A stretch of 64,000 nt of DNA from Octopus sinensis (Eukaryota): assembly GCF_006345805.1 (NCBI RefSeq), contig NC_042999.1, forward strand, positions 77,438,001-77,502,000, given 5' to 3'. The notes beneath the pieces were generated by a model. That model did not search any database, was not told the origin of the DNA, and was given only the letters and a program-made list of their open reading frames with translations. A program made the position numbers and the translations under genes. This document shows positions 13,652-26,399 of this stretch, piece by piece. Numbering within the stretch: position 1 is the stretch's first letter; every line of letters starts with the position of its first letter.

Positions 13652-14716
13652 CTGAAACAAATAATGAATTTCATTAATTACATCAATACTCATTTTCTAT
13701 CATAGCAACTTGACATATTCCCATGTTACTACCCTCCTAGAACCACAACTCATTTTACACATTCTATTTTTGGCCTTAGTCTTCTTTCTGTGACTGGATC
13801 CTGTTTTTAATACCAACCACTTTAAAGAGAATACTATAGTGCATTTTATCATGGCACTAGCAATTGTGTGAGGGTGTCTTGTACCCCAAAGATGACTAAG
13901 AAGTTCTCACTATTCTATGTTGTTCACATTTGTTTAGGGTAATGTGACTAAGAGGGTAAAACTGGAAGATGGGTTCAGGGGAGAGAGAAAAAGAAGTGAG
14001 AGTATAATGGGTGGGGAAGCAGAGTAATTGGGATGGCAGGATGACAGAGAAAGGAAAAATAAGAGTGTTAGAAGAAAAAAGAGAGAGACTGTTACAACAG
14101 AAAGTAATAACAGTTACATGTTTACTTGGAAGAGAGTGAACAAGGGAATGATTAAATGGTAAGAGTGAATAGTGGCTGTCAATATTAAGTGACTTAGGAG
14201 AGAGAGAGAGAGAGTGGTAGTTAGGTAAAATAGAGTGGAAGTGATGAATGTCAATAAAGAGTGAGCAGGAAGAAAGAGAATGACAGCTACCAGTGCAGGT
14301 ATCATGAAAGGGGAAAGCTTAAAAAATTGATAAAGAAGATAAAGTGGGCAGAAGAACAACATTCAGGAAGCAAGTTGCTTTTGGCAACATGGGTAAACTT
14401 AGTCCTATCTATCTTTTTGTATAGTCAATCATATGAGGTGCTGAATGACAAGTTAACCAGAAAACCAGCTACAACTAAGAGAGAAGAGGATTCTAAGTAG
14501 ACTTATAAAAGAAAATGTAAGTGAAAAAACAACTGAGTATCTTCCATTGATTAAAGCATGAAGGTGATGTAGGAAGATTAGGGACTTTAGAAAGTTACGC
14601 TTCATAATGAATATAATACAATGAAATGACACAGAAGGATCAGATTTACATTCATATTTTTTTAACATTAAGTCAACATCAAAATAAATTTATGGCAAAC
14701 CAATGATGATACTTAC

Positions 14717-14838
14717 CTCAATATATAAATAAAGTCTCCATATCAGAGGACAATTGCAAATTTGTGGCTGATTTAAGCCTCTTTCAAATAGTGAACGTAA
14801 ACGATGCAATGTTCCAGAGGTTGCACATACCACTCCAT
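14717..14838 (-). CDS. NRDE2: NRDE2 exon 10
   Basis: ctctag|AT...GAG|gtaagt, 122 nt, phase 1/0. LHRLRSLFER...CPLIWRLYL. Confidence 0.92.
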
Positions 14839-15095
14839 CTAGAGAGAGTAGACAACACACAATACAATAAACAGCTGTCAAACATTCATTAATATTGTTA
14901 ATCTTTTAATATCCTATTTAAATGTAATATGCGTTGCTCTGATTTGCAACTAAAAGCAAATGTTGAGAATAAATGAAAAAACCAAAAAAGAGCAAGTGTA
15001 TAATGAAATGCCTAAATTATTTATAGAAACTCTCTGGTTGTTCTGCTTTATAATAAATGCCCTGCCAAGTAAACAACACTGCTGCTTATACAAGT

Positions 15096-15138
<43 letters not shown>

Positions 15139-15577
15139 AGACTGATTCCAAGAGATCGACTGCATAACAAAATATTTAATAACCATTAAGTGCTTAAGAA
15201 TTGGAAGACACTGGCTGATATACAGATGAGACAACTCTGTTGGATAATGCATTATCCAACAGATAATAAAGAACATTATGTGAAAGAAAGTGTTATGAAT
15301 TAGCAGCAAGATGTATCTAAGAACAATTAGGAAGAAGCAGATTTGATTTAACAATATCAGGGTTCACAACTGCATGCATATAAAGATGCTAATCAATAAT
15401 AACAATGTTATACTTAGTAATATAGTTGAAAGAAAGAAAAAAAACACTAAACGAAAATCCAGCATGTAACTTGATTTAAAATTAATTTTTTTTAAAAATT
15501 AGAATAATCAAAATTCATTTGAATATATTGTTAAATCACGATAAGAAAATTGAAGAGAATGAAATGGCCTGCCTTAC

Positions 15578-15886
15578 CAACTGAGGCTTGCTTTTCCAGT
15601 TTGTTTTGATGTTCTAATTCATAGCTTAAAGCAAATAGTAGCAGAACAGGTGAAGCCAAAGTTGAGCTGAGAAGACAGCGATCAAAATATCTTCGAAGGT
15701 TTCCCATTAGCCAGGAACTTTGTTCAATGTGAACTAAAATCTTAAGGAAATATGGATGTGAAGGGTGCCTTTCAGTAGCTTTCTTGATCAGTTGCTTCAA
15801 GGATCCCAGGGCCAGATGATGATGACTCATGTGATACAATGATAATTTCACAGCAATTCTATCACAATGAAGAATGATTTGTTTCT
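15578..15886 (-). CDS. NRDE2: NRDE2 exon 9
   Basis: tttcag|AG...GTTG|gtaagg, 309 nt, phase 1/1. ...GNLRRYFDR... Confidence 0.9.
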
Positions 15887-16284
15887 CTGAAACAGTAAAC
15901 ACTCATTTTAATATATGAACAGGTCGTGTGTGTACGTGTACGTACGTACATACACACACACACATCATATAAAACATGTACAGTAGTCAAATGGTTCATC
16001 ATTCAAAGACCAAGGGAATAAATACTACATTTCAAAACAAGGATTGGCAATTGAAAGGACATCTCATTATAGACAAGCTGCCCTGATAAGTCAGCATGGA
16101 AAAAATGGAAATAAAAATGAAATGAAATGATTTTTTTATCTAGACTATATTTTGTATGAAACTAAGAGCCTTTACTCTAAACAAAGGGTATTAACGCTCT
16201 TATCAATAACATCAGACAAATGTACATCCTTGTCAAAACAGTGTAAAAGTAAATAAGCATGATAAAGTAGGTGTTTCATGGGCA

Positions 16285-16575
16285 AGTGTCTTCTATTATA
16301 GCCTTGAGCTGACCAAAGCCTTGTGAGTGGATTTGGTAGATAGAAACTGAAAGAAGTCCATTGTATGTGTGTGTGTGTTTGTTCCTCCACCACCGCTTGA
16401 CAAGCAGTGTTGGAGTGTTTACTTAGCAGTTTGGCAAAAGAGAGATAGAATAAGTATCAGGCTTATAAAAAATACAAGTACTGGGGTTGATACATTTAAC
16501 AAAAAATTCTTCCAGGCAATGCCCCAGCATGGTCACAGTCTAATGACTGAAACAAATAAAAGATAAAAGAAAGAA
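16285..16575 (+). mobile_element. SINE family A, 5'-truncated
   Basis: gggcaagtgtcttct...gactgaaacaaataaaag matches the family body. Confidence 0.8.
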
Positions 16576-16613
16576 GAAAGATATCAACATAATGTATATG
16601 TATATACATGTGA

Positions 16614-16673
<60 letters not shown>

Positions 16674-16844
16674 TACACTCACGGAGTGGTTGGCGTTAGG
16701 AAGGGCATCCAGCTGTAGAAACATTGCCAGATAAGACCGGAGCCTGGTGCAGCCTTCTGGCTTCCCAGATCCCCGGTCGAACCGTCCAACCCATGCTAGC
16801 ATGGAGAACGGACGTTAAACAATGATGATGATGATGATATATAT

Positions 16845-17050
16845 ATAAAGTTAATCCAAACATGAAAACACAAAGAGAAAACACAACAACGCAAGGATGT
16901 GGAACAAATATAGTATTATTGGACGCTCAGGAAGGAAGGAAAGAAGGAGGGTCTAACGTTTCGAGCGGAGCTCTTCATCAGAAACATAGGAAAAGGAAAG
17001 ATCCAGAGAAGAGAAGACGGAGGAAAAAAATCGCCAACGGTACACACGCA
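16845..17050 (-). mobile_element. Probable Penelope-like terminal-repeat fragment
   Basis: Contains a minimal hammerhead-type motif at 16951-16985; family assignment is inferred from the known PLE-hammerhead association. Confidence 0.5.
16951..16985 (-). ncRNA. Minimal type I hammerhead ribozyme motif
   Basis: GTTT CTGATGA A GAGC-TCC-GCTC GAAA CG T T AGAC: canonical core, 4-bp helix II, palindromic AACGTT in place of helix III, 4-bp helix I with one G-U pair. Confidence 0.55.
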
Positions 17051-17474
17051 GTCGCATTCGCCACCACAAACTCATTTAGGCTTAAGAGCCCTTCCTGTTT
17101 GTCTTCACTGTCCTGTTTCTGTTACCAATTTTGACCCTCCACAAAATCCCAAATTTTACTTCATTTGCTTTGTGGGAGCAACTGTTTTATTGAAAGCATA
17201 TATTATTGTTAAATGCTTGAAATACGAAAGTAGAAAAACAGCCAACAACTAATGAAGGGTGTTCTTTATGTTGTTTCTCTTGTTTTCCATTTGTGTTTTT
17301 CATTGTTCGAAAAAATAGTTCATATTCCATGTACCTGTACTTCGTATTTTTTGTTGTAGACATTTTGTGATGTCCTGTGCTCACATATGCATATATATAT
17401 ACATTATTTATATTATTATATATGTATATATATGTATGTAAGTATATATATGTGTGTGTGTATGTATATATATG

Positions 17475-17684
17475 CTCTTTTTGCTCTTTTGCTTGTTTCA
17501 GTCATTTGACTGCGGCCATGCTGGAGCACCGCCTTTAGTCGAGCAAATCGACCCCGGGACTTATTCTTTGTAAGCCCAGTACTTATTCTATCGATCTCTT
17601 TTGCCAAACCGCTCAGTGACGGGGACGTAAACGCACCAGCATCAGTTGTCAAGCAATGCTAGGGGGACAAACACAGACACACAA

Positions 17685-17729
<45 letters not shown>

Positions 17730-17893
17730 TACGGCAGGCTTCTTTCAGTTTCCGTCTACCAAATCCACTCACAAGGCATTGGTCGGCCCGGGGCTATAGC
17801 AGAAGACACTTGCCAAGATGCCACGCAGTGGGACTGAACCCAGAACCATGTGGTTGGTTAGCAAGCTACTTACCACACAGCCACTCCTGCGCC
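17475..17893 (-). mobile_element. SINE family A, full length
   Basis: Head GGCGCAGGAGTGGCTGTGTGG, B box GGTTCAGTCCC, full body and tail. Confidence 0.9.
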
Positions 17894-18546
17894 ATATATA
17901 TATATATATAAATATATACACACTACATATGTGGAAAATCAGTTGTGTTTGTAGCATTGTTAGCTAACTGCTACTATACTGTTTTATTGATTTTGATAAA
18001 ACTTGACACATGAGTAGAACTCATGTCTGGAAACCTCAAGATATATGTAGATTGTTGAAAAAAATTGATAATACGGCCCCTGGAAGGGACCATTATATCT
18101 ACCTCATGTACCTGATTTTTTTTAAAACACCCAAGGGAAAAAACCCATAGCACCTGTACAATATTTTTTTAAACGCTCAAGGGAAATAACCCATTTCATT
18201 GTTTATGTTTGATTACTTTGAATACTGATTTTTTGTGTGACCTTTTTATAATTTTTGCAGACAATATCCCTCTTATACTTTATTTGACACACGAGTAGTA
18301 GTCATGTCCGGAAACCTCATGACATACTTAGATTGTTGAAAGAAAAATCGATAATAGGGCCCTTCCAATGGATCCTTCTATCTACTGCATATTACTAATA
18401 TTTTATTTCAACAATCCAAAGGAAATAACCCATACCACCTGCAGATTTTAGCAAAGCGATCAATATTAGATTCTCACAATCAGCCAGCCTAATTCTGCAT
18501 TTCACTACTCGCAGTTTTGAACTGCTAAACATTATTATTGTATACA

Positions 18547-18812
18547 GTTTTCTATTTAAGAGATGAGGAATTATGTATATTATTTATATTTGACAGATAT
18601 TTGTCCTCATTTTGTTTGTTAACACGTTTCAGCTGATAAACCCTCCAGCCTTCATCAGGTGTCTTGGGGAAATTTCGAACCTGGGTTCTCATTCCTAAGG
18701 TATTTTTCGATGTTGTTGTTATTATTATTAATATTCAGGTCACTGCCTGGAATCGAACTTGGAATCTTGGGGTTAGTAGCCTGCACTATTAACCACTACA
18801 CCATATGCCCAT
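18547..18812 (-). mobile_element. tRNA-headed short element with a Penelope-like, hammerhead-type 3' part
   Basis: A box TGGTGTAGTGG (18793-18803), B box AGTTCGATTCC (18749-18759), (AAT/AAC)n linker, then a CTGATGA...GAAAC motif. Confidence 0.7.
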
Positions 18813-19124
18813 AGGCATAATTATTATTGCACTTCCTTAATTTGAATCTTAAACATTTAAGAATTCATTCAAATATTTCTATACATACATAGTTTTTTGA
18901 ATGCCCATTACTCCGATAATTCTGCAATTTTATGATTACACTTTTTCTACGATAGTAAATAAATTTTTTATTCCACAATGTATTTGTAGTGGCTTCATGC
19001 GAGCATAGCATGGATTCAATCCTCAATTGCCAAATTTCACTTAACACTTGAACAGAGCTTTTCTCACAGTAAAACAATAGATTTTCTGTGAATGACAGTA
19101 TTTATACATTTCCCAAATGTCTTT

Positions 19125-19225
19125 GCCTCTCGCCAATCTCCAACAACCTCTCTCGCCAACCTCCGACAATCTTTCTCACCAACCTCCGAAAACCTCTCTC
19201 GCTAACCTCCAACAATCTCTCCCTC
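19125..19225. repeat. Degenerate minisatellite, unit about 24 bp
   Basis: About four copies of ctctcgccaacctccgacaa-like units. Confidence 0.75.
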
Positions 19226-19461
19226 TTCCAGCTAACAGATTTTTGTACTTTTCCATGACAGAAAATACAACTTTTGTGGCAGTTATAACGAAATTACCTA
19301 ATTACTTTCTTATAACAGAGTAATAAGGCATTTCAATAGAACATATTTACCTCCAGGAATTACCGGGTACACCAGCTAGTATATATGTATGTGTATGTAC
19401 TAATACAATTGTTTGTTTGTTTTCCACCTGCCTTCGTCTTTTGTCTATTTTCATAAAGCTT

Positions 19462-19503
<42 letters not shown>

Positions 19504-19541
19504 ATATCATCCAAATAATGTATATGTATATATGTATGTAT

Positions 19542-21535
19542 CATCATCATCATCATCGTTTAGCGTCCGCTTTCCATGCTAGCATGGGTTGGACGGTTCT
19601 ACTGGGGTCTGTGAAGCCAGAAGGCTTCATTAGGCCCAGTCAAATCTGGCAGTGTTTCTACGGCTGGATGCCCTTCCTAACGCCAACCACTCCATGAGTG
19701 TAGTGGGTGCTTTTTACGTGCCACCCGCACAGGTGCCAGACAGAGCTGGCAAACGGCCACGAACGGATGGTGCTTTTTATGTGCCACCGGCACGAGGGCC
19801 AGGCGAGGCTGGCAACGGACACGAAACGGGGCGGTGCTGGCAACGGTCGCGAAACGGAAGGTTCTCTTACATGCCACCGGCACTGGTAACACATCTGCAA
19901 TTTCCATTGATCGATTTCGATTCTGATCCTCACTTACCTCAATGGGTCTTCACAAGTAGAGTTTCGACATGCCACCGGCACTGGTAACACATCTGCAATT
20001 TCCATTGATCGATTTCGATTCTGATCCTCACTTGCCTCAACAGGTCTTCACAAGTAGAGTTTTGTGTCCCAAGAAGGGAAGGTATGCATACGTAGGCTGG
20101 CTCCATCCCATGTAGAAGACTTGTCCAGCCGGGTCTTCTCGCACACAGCACACTTCCAGAGGTCTCAGTCTCTAGTCATTTCCTCAGTGAGACCTAAAGT
20201 TCGAAGGTCATGCTTCACCACCTCGTCCCAGGTTTTCCTGGGTCTGCCTCTTCCACAGGTTCCCTCAACCGCTAGGGTGTGGCACTTTTTCACACAACTA
20301 TCTACATCCATTCTCGCCACATGACCATGCCAGCGCAAACGTCTCTCTTGCACACCACAACTGATGCTTCTTAGGTCCAGCTTTTCTCTCAAGGTACTTA
20401 CACTCTGCCGAGTATGAGTACTGACATTACACATCCATCGGAGCATACTGGCTTCATTTCTTGCGAGCTTACGCATATCCTCAGCAGTCACGGCCCATGT
20501 TTCACTGCCATGTAGCATGGCTGTTCATACACACGCATCATACAGTCTGCCTTTCACTCTGTGCAAGAGGCCTTTTGTCACCAGCAGAGGTAAGAGCTCT
20601 CTGAATTTTGCCCAAGCTATTCTTACTCTAGCAGTTACACTTTCAGCACACCCGCCCCCGCTGCTGACTTGGTCACCTAGGTAACGGAAACTATCAACTA
20701 TTTCTAGTTTTTCTCCCTGGAAAGTGACGGAAGTTGGTCTCAGAGCATTTTCAGTGTTTATTGTTCCTGAGCATCTGCCACATACAAAAACCATCTTCCT
20801 AGTTAGCCTTCCTTTGACATTGCTGCACCTTTTATGTGTCCATAGCTTACACTTGGTGCATCTTATAGAGTTTCTACCTACACCTTTTCTACAGATCGAG
20901 CAGGGCCATCTACCTGAAGGCGTTTGTGATTTGTCTACCTTCCTACTGATTACGACCTTGGTTTTAGCTAGATTGACTCTGAGGCCCTTCGATTCTAATC
21001 CTTGTTTCCACACCTGAAACTTCTCCTCCAGTTCTGATAGCGACTCAGCAATTAGAGCAAGGTCATCAGCATAGAGGAGCTCCCAAGGGCATCCTGTCTT
21101 GAATTCCTCTGTTATTGCCTGGAGGACTATGATAAATAGGAGGGGCCTGAGTACTGAGCCTTGGTGGACCCCTATCTCTACCCGGAATTCTTCACTGTAC
21201 TCGTTTCCAACCCTCACCCTACTAGCAGCGTCCCTATACATGGCCCGCACAGCTCTCACTAACCATTCATCTATCCCTAGTTTCCTCATTGCCCACCAGA
21301 TAAGGGATCAGGGGACCCTGTCGAAGGCTTTCTCCATGTCAACAAAAGCCAGGTACAGGGGCTTATCTTTGGCTAGGTATTTCTCCTGCAGCTGCCTTAC
21401 CAGGAATATAGCATCAGTAGTACTTTTCCCTGGCACAAACCCAAACTGCATCTCATCTAAACTAACTCTCTCTCTAATTAGTTGGGCTAAGACCCTCTCC
21501 GTAACCTTCATCACCTGATCCAACAGCTTGATATG
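19542..21535 (-). mobile_element. RTE LINE, 5'-truncated, about 2 kb
   Basis: RT motifs QFGFVPGKST, DMEKAFDRVP, QGSVL, YADD and FRYLG across three ORFs split by two stops; (GAT)n tail. Confidence 0.95.
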
Positions 21536-22272
21536 TAATTCCTTGTCTTGCAAGTTACTTGGCGACTGTGCCAGTGTGCAAGTGCTAGTGTGATGTAAAA
21601 AGCATCCAGTCCACCCTGTAAAATGTTTAGCATTTGGAAGGGCATCCAGCTATAAAAATCATGCTAAAACTAACTTCACCTGTGCTAGTGCCATGTAAAA
21701 AGCAGTCAGTCCACACTGCTGAGTGTTTAGTGCCTAGGGAGAGCATCCAGCTGCAAAAGCCCTGCTAAAACAGACGCAGTAGCATAGGGTAGTTTTTCTA
21801 CCTGGCCAGCTCCTGTGAACTGCACTACCCATGCATGCATGGAAGATGGACATTAAATGATGATGATATATATATATATAAATACACAGACATTATGATG
21901 ATACATTATGTGGACAATATTTTCAACTGAGACATTACAACTATATCTGATACTTCAAGTGCTTCAATTGTGTGTGTATATACTCATATTTACTTTATTG
22001 CAGGGTGCAGCCTTCCAGCGTGCCAGCCCAGTCAAAGTGTCCAACCCATGGCAGCATGAACAACGGACATTAAATGATGATGATGATGATGATGATGGTC
22101 TCCCTCATTGTTTTGATATGCCATTTTCTATCATTAATAAAACTGTCGGGTCTGCTTGTAACATTAATGTTCCAAAAAATTAAAACCCACTTGTGTACTT
22201 AGTTTAGGAATGAATTTCATTGAATGATACAAAAAAAAAAGAAATGATAAAAAGAGAGAAATATTTATATAC

Positions 22273-23023
22273 CTGCTGGACTTTCAAGAAAGGGTAGTTC
22301 TTGTGTATGAATACCTCTTTCACTCTTCTTCAAGTAATGTTCAAACTGATTTTGCACAGAATCCAATAAAGACACAACAGCACTGAGGCGATTGAAACAA
22401 TATTCAAACAGGGCAAAACACTCCAGAAACTCTGTATGAAAGTAACAGATGCTGGTTAATTTGTCGTGGGTGGATTGCTGGAATTGACCCCAAAGTCGTT
22501 CAGAGATCTCATCAAATTTCTTCCGGGTTTTCAGAACCATAGTTGGTGAAATTGTATTTAAAATATAGTTTTTTACATTTAGCTTGGTACCTTCTGCTAA
22601 ATGAATGAGGGCCCATCGAGATTTGTCTAAATCTTGAGAAGAACACTCTTTGCTGGAACATGGTGGCAGTGAATCAGTTTTCAGATCAAGAAGAATATCT
22701 ATGTATGTATGGTATAAGGCACAGATGCCAGCTCCTTCCCAAGGATCTTTGATCTGAAGCAGATCAGTTCCTTGCATAACCAAAACTGTCTCTATAACAT
22801 TAAATGCTTCTTCTTTCCGGCCCAATTCCCATTCAAGCCGGGCAAATGCATTCCAAAGAATTAAATTATTCCTGTTATGATTCTCTTTTAATAAAGATTT
22901 GGCAAACTTGTGAATGTCTTTTGAAGATGTTTTATCAGCACCAGATGGTGATTTTCGTAATAAAGACAAATGGTGTTCTAACCATAACAAAGTGATAGCA
23001 GTTTGGTTCTCACCTGAAAATAC
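22273..23023 (-). CDS. NRDE2: NRDE2 exon 8
   Basis: aatag|GTA...GCAG|gtatat, 751 nt, phase 0/1. KFAKSLLKENHNRNNLILWNAFARLEWELG. Confidence 0.92.
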
Positions 23024-24136
23024 CTATTAAAAATAGAAGAGAAATTATCAGACTTCATAAGAAGATACAATGCAAGACATAAATGTTTGGAAAGCTGTAG
23101 TATTTACAAATCCATCCAACTATGCAATTATAAAAAAAATGACTGTCCTGATGATAATTTCAACATGAAGTAAATAGGAGGTAACGTTTTATAATTAGGC
23201 ACAGGTAACACTGTGTAGTTAAGAAGAATCTCATCACAGATGTGTGCCTCTCTCTCTATCTTTCTCTGCCTGCCTTACCTTATCTTGGCATAGAGCAATA
23301 GTTGCAAATGATCATCACTGTCAGACAGGTAGTGCCCTTAGCTTCAAACCTCCTGTGAAAACATGTCCACAATGTGAAAATATTACCTTATTTGGAAATG
23401 GGTGAGGATTGGTAACAGGAAAAGCATTTGCTTCAGAGAAGTGTGTCTGGTTGATGCAAGCATGGAAAGCAGATGCTAAATGAAGATGATGCTTTAAGAA
23501 AATCAACAATATGGATGAGGGAAAACACCTCAGGTGAGTGTCCATCATACTGAAGATAAATAAGTCAGAGCCTGACATATATAATATAGTGAGTTGAAAA
23601 ATGTCAATGGTAATTTAAAGTGGAAAAAACTTGCTTTAGGACTGTTTAAAATCAAGCGAGGTATCTCCAATAATATCAGCTAATCTAAATTTTTGAGAAT
23701 TAAAGACAATGCAATTGAAAGCAATGGATATATTTCAATCTTAAATTTCATCAGTAAAAAATATCCAGAGCAGCTGGCAAAACATAACCAGAAGTAATAA
23801 GCATATATAAGAGAAAAAAATAAGTAGTAATGCTGATTATGAATATCAACAATAGGACTTAAGAATATTTTCTTAGGGGAACATTCTGCATGGTGAGTAC
23901 AGCCTCACATATGTAATATAATGACTTGTAAAAACTTTGAATATCTGAGATTATCCTTGCAATTAGAAAACAAAGACCTCCCTCAAAGTGTTTCTAAAGT
24001 TTGACATTAATAATAGCTGATATTACAGTTATCTTCCTTGCATCTCAGTTTTAGATTTTAAGCACTCCTAGAATGAGTTTTTGTCTTCTACTGCAAGGAT
24101 AATCTCAGTTAACTGAAGTTTTTCATCTCACTATGC

Positions 24137-24139
<3 letters not shown>

Positions 24140-24174
<35 letters not shown>

Positions 24175-25080
24175 AATTATTGTGTATAGTGCTCAGGTGC
24201 ACTACAACTCCTTAAAGGTGCATGTACATTACATAGAATTATGTTCAAATGCCAGGAAAGTGAACAGTGTATGAGTCATGATATACATGTGTGCATGCAT
24301 ATGGAGTGGAGGGGTATCAGGTGTAATGTTGGCGAATTTCACAAAGCATGAAGGTTTTAAAAGATGCAATGACTCAGCAGCTAACAACTGAGGCAGGTAG
24401 TTTGTTCCATGCTTTATAACTGTGTGTGAAAAATGTTTCCAAAAGTCATGGGAGTTGTGCTGTTTTCAGTCTTTGTAGGCATGCCCATGTGTTAGACACA
24501 AGAGCTCAAAAAGGTGCTTAAGGTGGTTGTTGGCACGGTGGTTAATTTTGTGTGTTTACCAAGTTAGTTGCTAGACGTTGGAACTTCAATGTATATATGC
24601 CCAGGGAAACAAGGCATTCAGATTATGGTAGATATCTGACGGAGGGTATTCACTTAGTTGCATGTCTCTGAACAGTTTCCAGGAGGTCAATGTCCTGAGA
24701 AAGATAGGGGTTCCAGTGATGCAAATTCCAAGTGTGGCTACACCGTAGCCATATACAGCCTTAAATAGGTAGCTGGGGATCGGCTGATAAAAGTCTTGCT
24801 GAGTGATGCCAAGACACCCTCAGCCTTCTTGACAATTTTAGAGATGTGCTTTGTCCAGTGCAAATTGCTGCTGACAGTAATGCCCAGGTCATGTCCTCAA
24901 GAAGACTTCTTGATATTAGTGTTGTGGAGAGAGTATGTGTTGCTGGATTTTACCTCCCAAAATGCATGGTGGTAGACTTGTCTGCAGCCAGCTTGTGTTG
25001 CCAGTCTGTAATCCATTGTTGCATTGTGTCCAGGTCTGATTGTAGGATTATATATGTGAGATTATCATACGTGTTATAAG
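24140..25080 (-). mobile_element. CR1/L2-like LINE 3' fragment with (ATT)n tail
   Basis: Degenerate DIDLLETVQRHATK and KHFFTH...AWNKLP; related ends at about 1680-1890 and 54130-54200. Confidence 0.75.
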
Positions 25081-25404
25081 AAAACTTGAGTTGGAATTGT
25101 TACATCACAGTAGGAACACTCGGTCACATAGAAAAGATAATGCAATTATGTGGATAAAAACTAAACCATATCTTCAATACTGAATATAGTGTTCAATTAG
25201 CTACTCAAATGCCTCACAACATTGCTCCATCTATTTGGTTTATCACAGCATTTAAATATTAAGTCAACTGTAACATTATGCAAAAGGAGAAGAAAACAAA
25301 TGAAGTTACTAAATCAGAATTAAACACTGGCCTTTTACTCTGCTGTGGTTTAGAAACAGATTAATTAATATTATGATAAATGATAATTTAAAAATCAAAC
25401 CTAC

Positions 25405-25856
25405 CTTAACAGCTTGCTGGAAAATATTATCAACGAATTTTTGGAAAAGTTCATGCCTAGCTTTATTCCCACTTAAAAGTTCAAATGTTAAACCAATCTC
25501 TAGAACAGCAGCTTGTGGAACGTCAATGAGTGTGAATGGGGAGATAAACCACTTTTGAAGGAATGTGAGGAGCAGAAAATGCTGTTCATTTCTGTAGACC
25601 CCAAGTAGATAGAGGGAATGAATTAGTAGCATCAGTTTTAATCTGTCATCATCAAATTGAATCAACACTGGAGCTATATCATCAAACAGCACCAAGCGAT
25701 CAAGGTCCTCACAGTCTTCTAGTGTCTCATCAGCACTGGTGTCAGGTCGCCATGGCAGCCAGTGTACAGATTCTCTAAGTTGTTCAATATTCAGCCACGT
25801 CTGCCATTGGGGTTTGTTTTGTGAAATTATGTCCTCTTCAATATCATCAATTGACA
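25405..25856 (-). CDS. NRDE2: NRDE2 exon 7
   Basis: 452 nt, phase 1/0, donor gtaggt. WQTWLNIEQLRESVHWLPWRPD and DCEDLDRLVLFDDI. Confidence 0.93.
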
Positions 25857-26399
25857 CTTTAATAAAAAATACACAAAAGAAATCAACAATAAATAGTAGA
25901 CAGCAACAACATACAAAAACTGAATATTTTAGAAAAAAAAACACACATGATCAATAAACAGGAAGGCTTACAATTGCTAAGGCTTACAATTGCTATAATG
26001 ATAGCTTCTTCTATTAACCTGACAAAAGAGCAGATAAGAGTGCTGACAGAGAATGGTGTTTGTGGTGGAGTACTGAACTAACCAATGCTTTAAATGTATA
26101 TAGTTAAGTTCTTGATTGTTTGTATAAAATCCACTGATTAGTAAAGCATTTCATGTCATGTTTATAACCTGATACAATGTTATGACTTCTTAAAAGATAC
26201 TTTTTCTTTGGTTCTTTATTATCAAGTAATTTAATTATTTTCCAATTTACCAGTTTTATATCTATTTTACATCCATTAAACTTCTCACAATATCAATTCA
26301 AAAACCAGATTATCTGTGTGTGTGTGTGTGTGTGTACAAACACACACATAAATGTTCAAGTAGCATACATAAAGGATAAACTAAAATATATATAACAAC

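Noticed and set aside
21500-21600. Twin-priming inversion at the RTE 5' junction
   Set aside because: The inverted segment is a 3'-tail sequence rather than upstream ORF2, so adjacent independent insertions are more likely.
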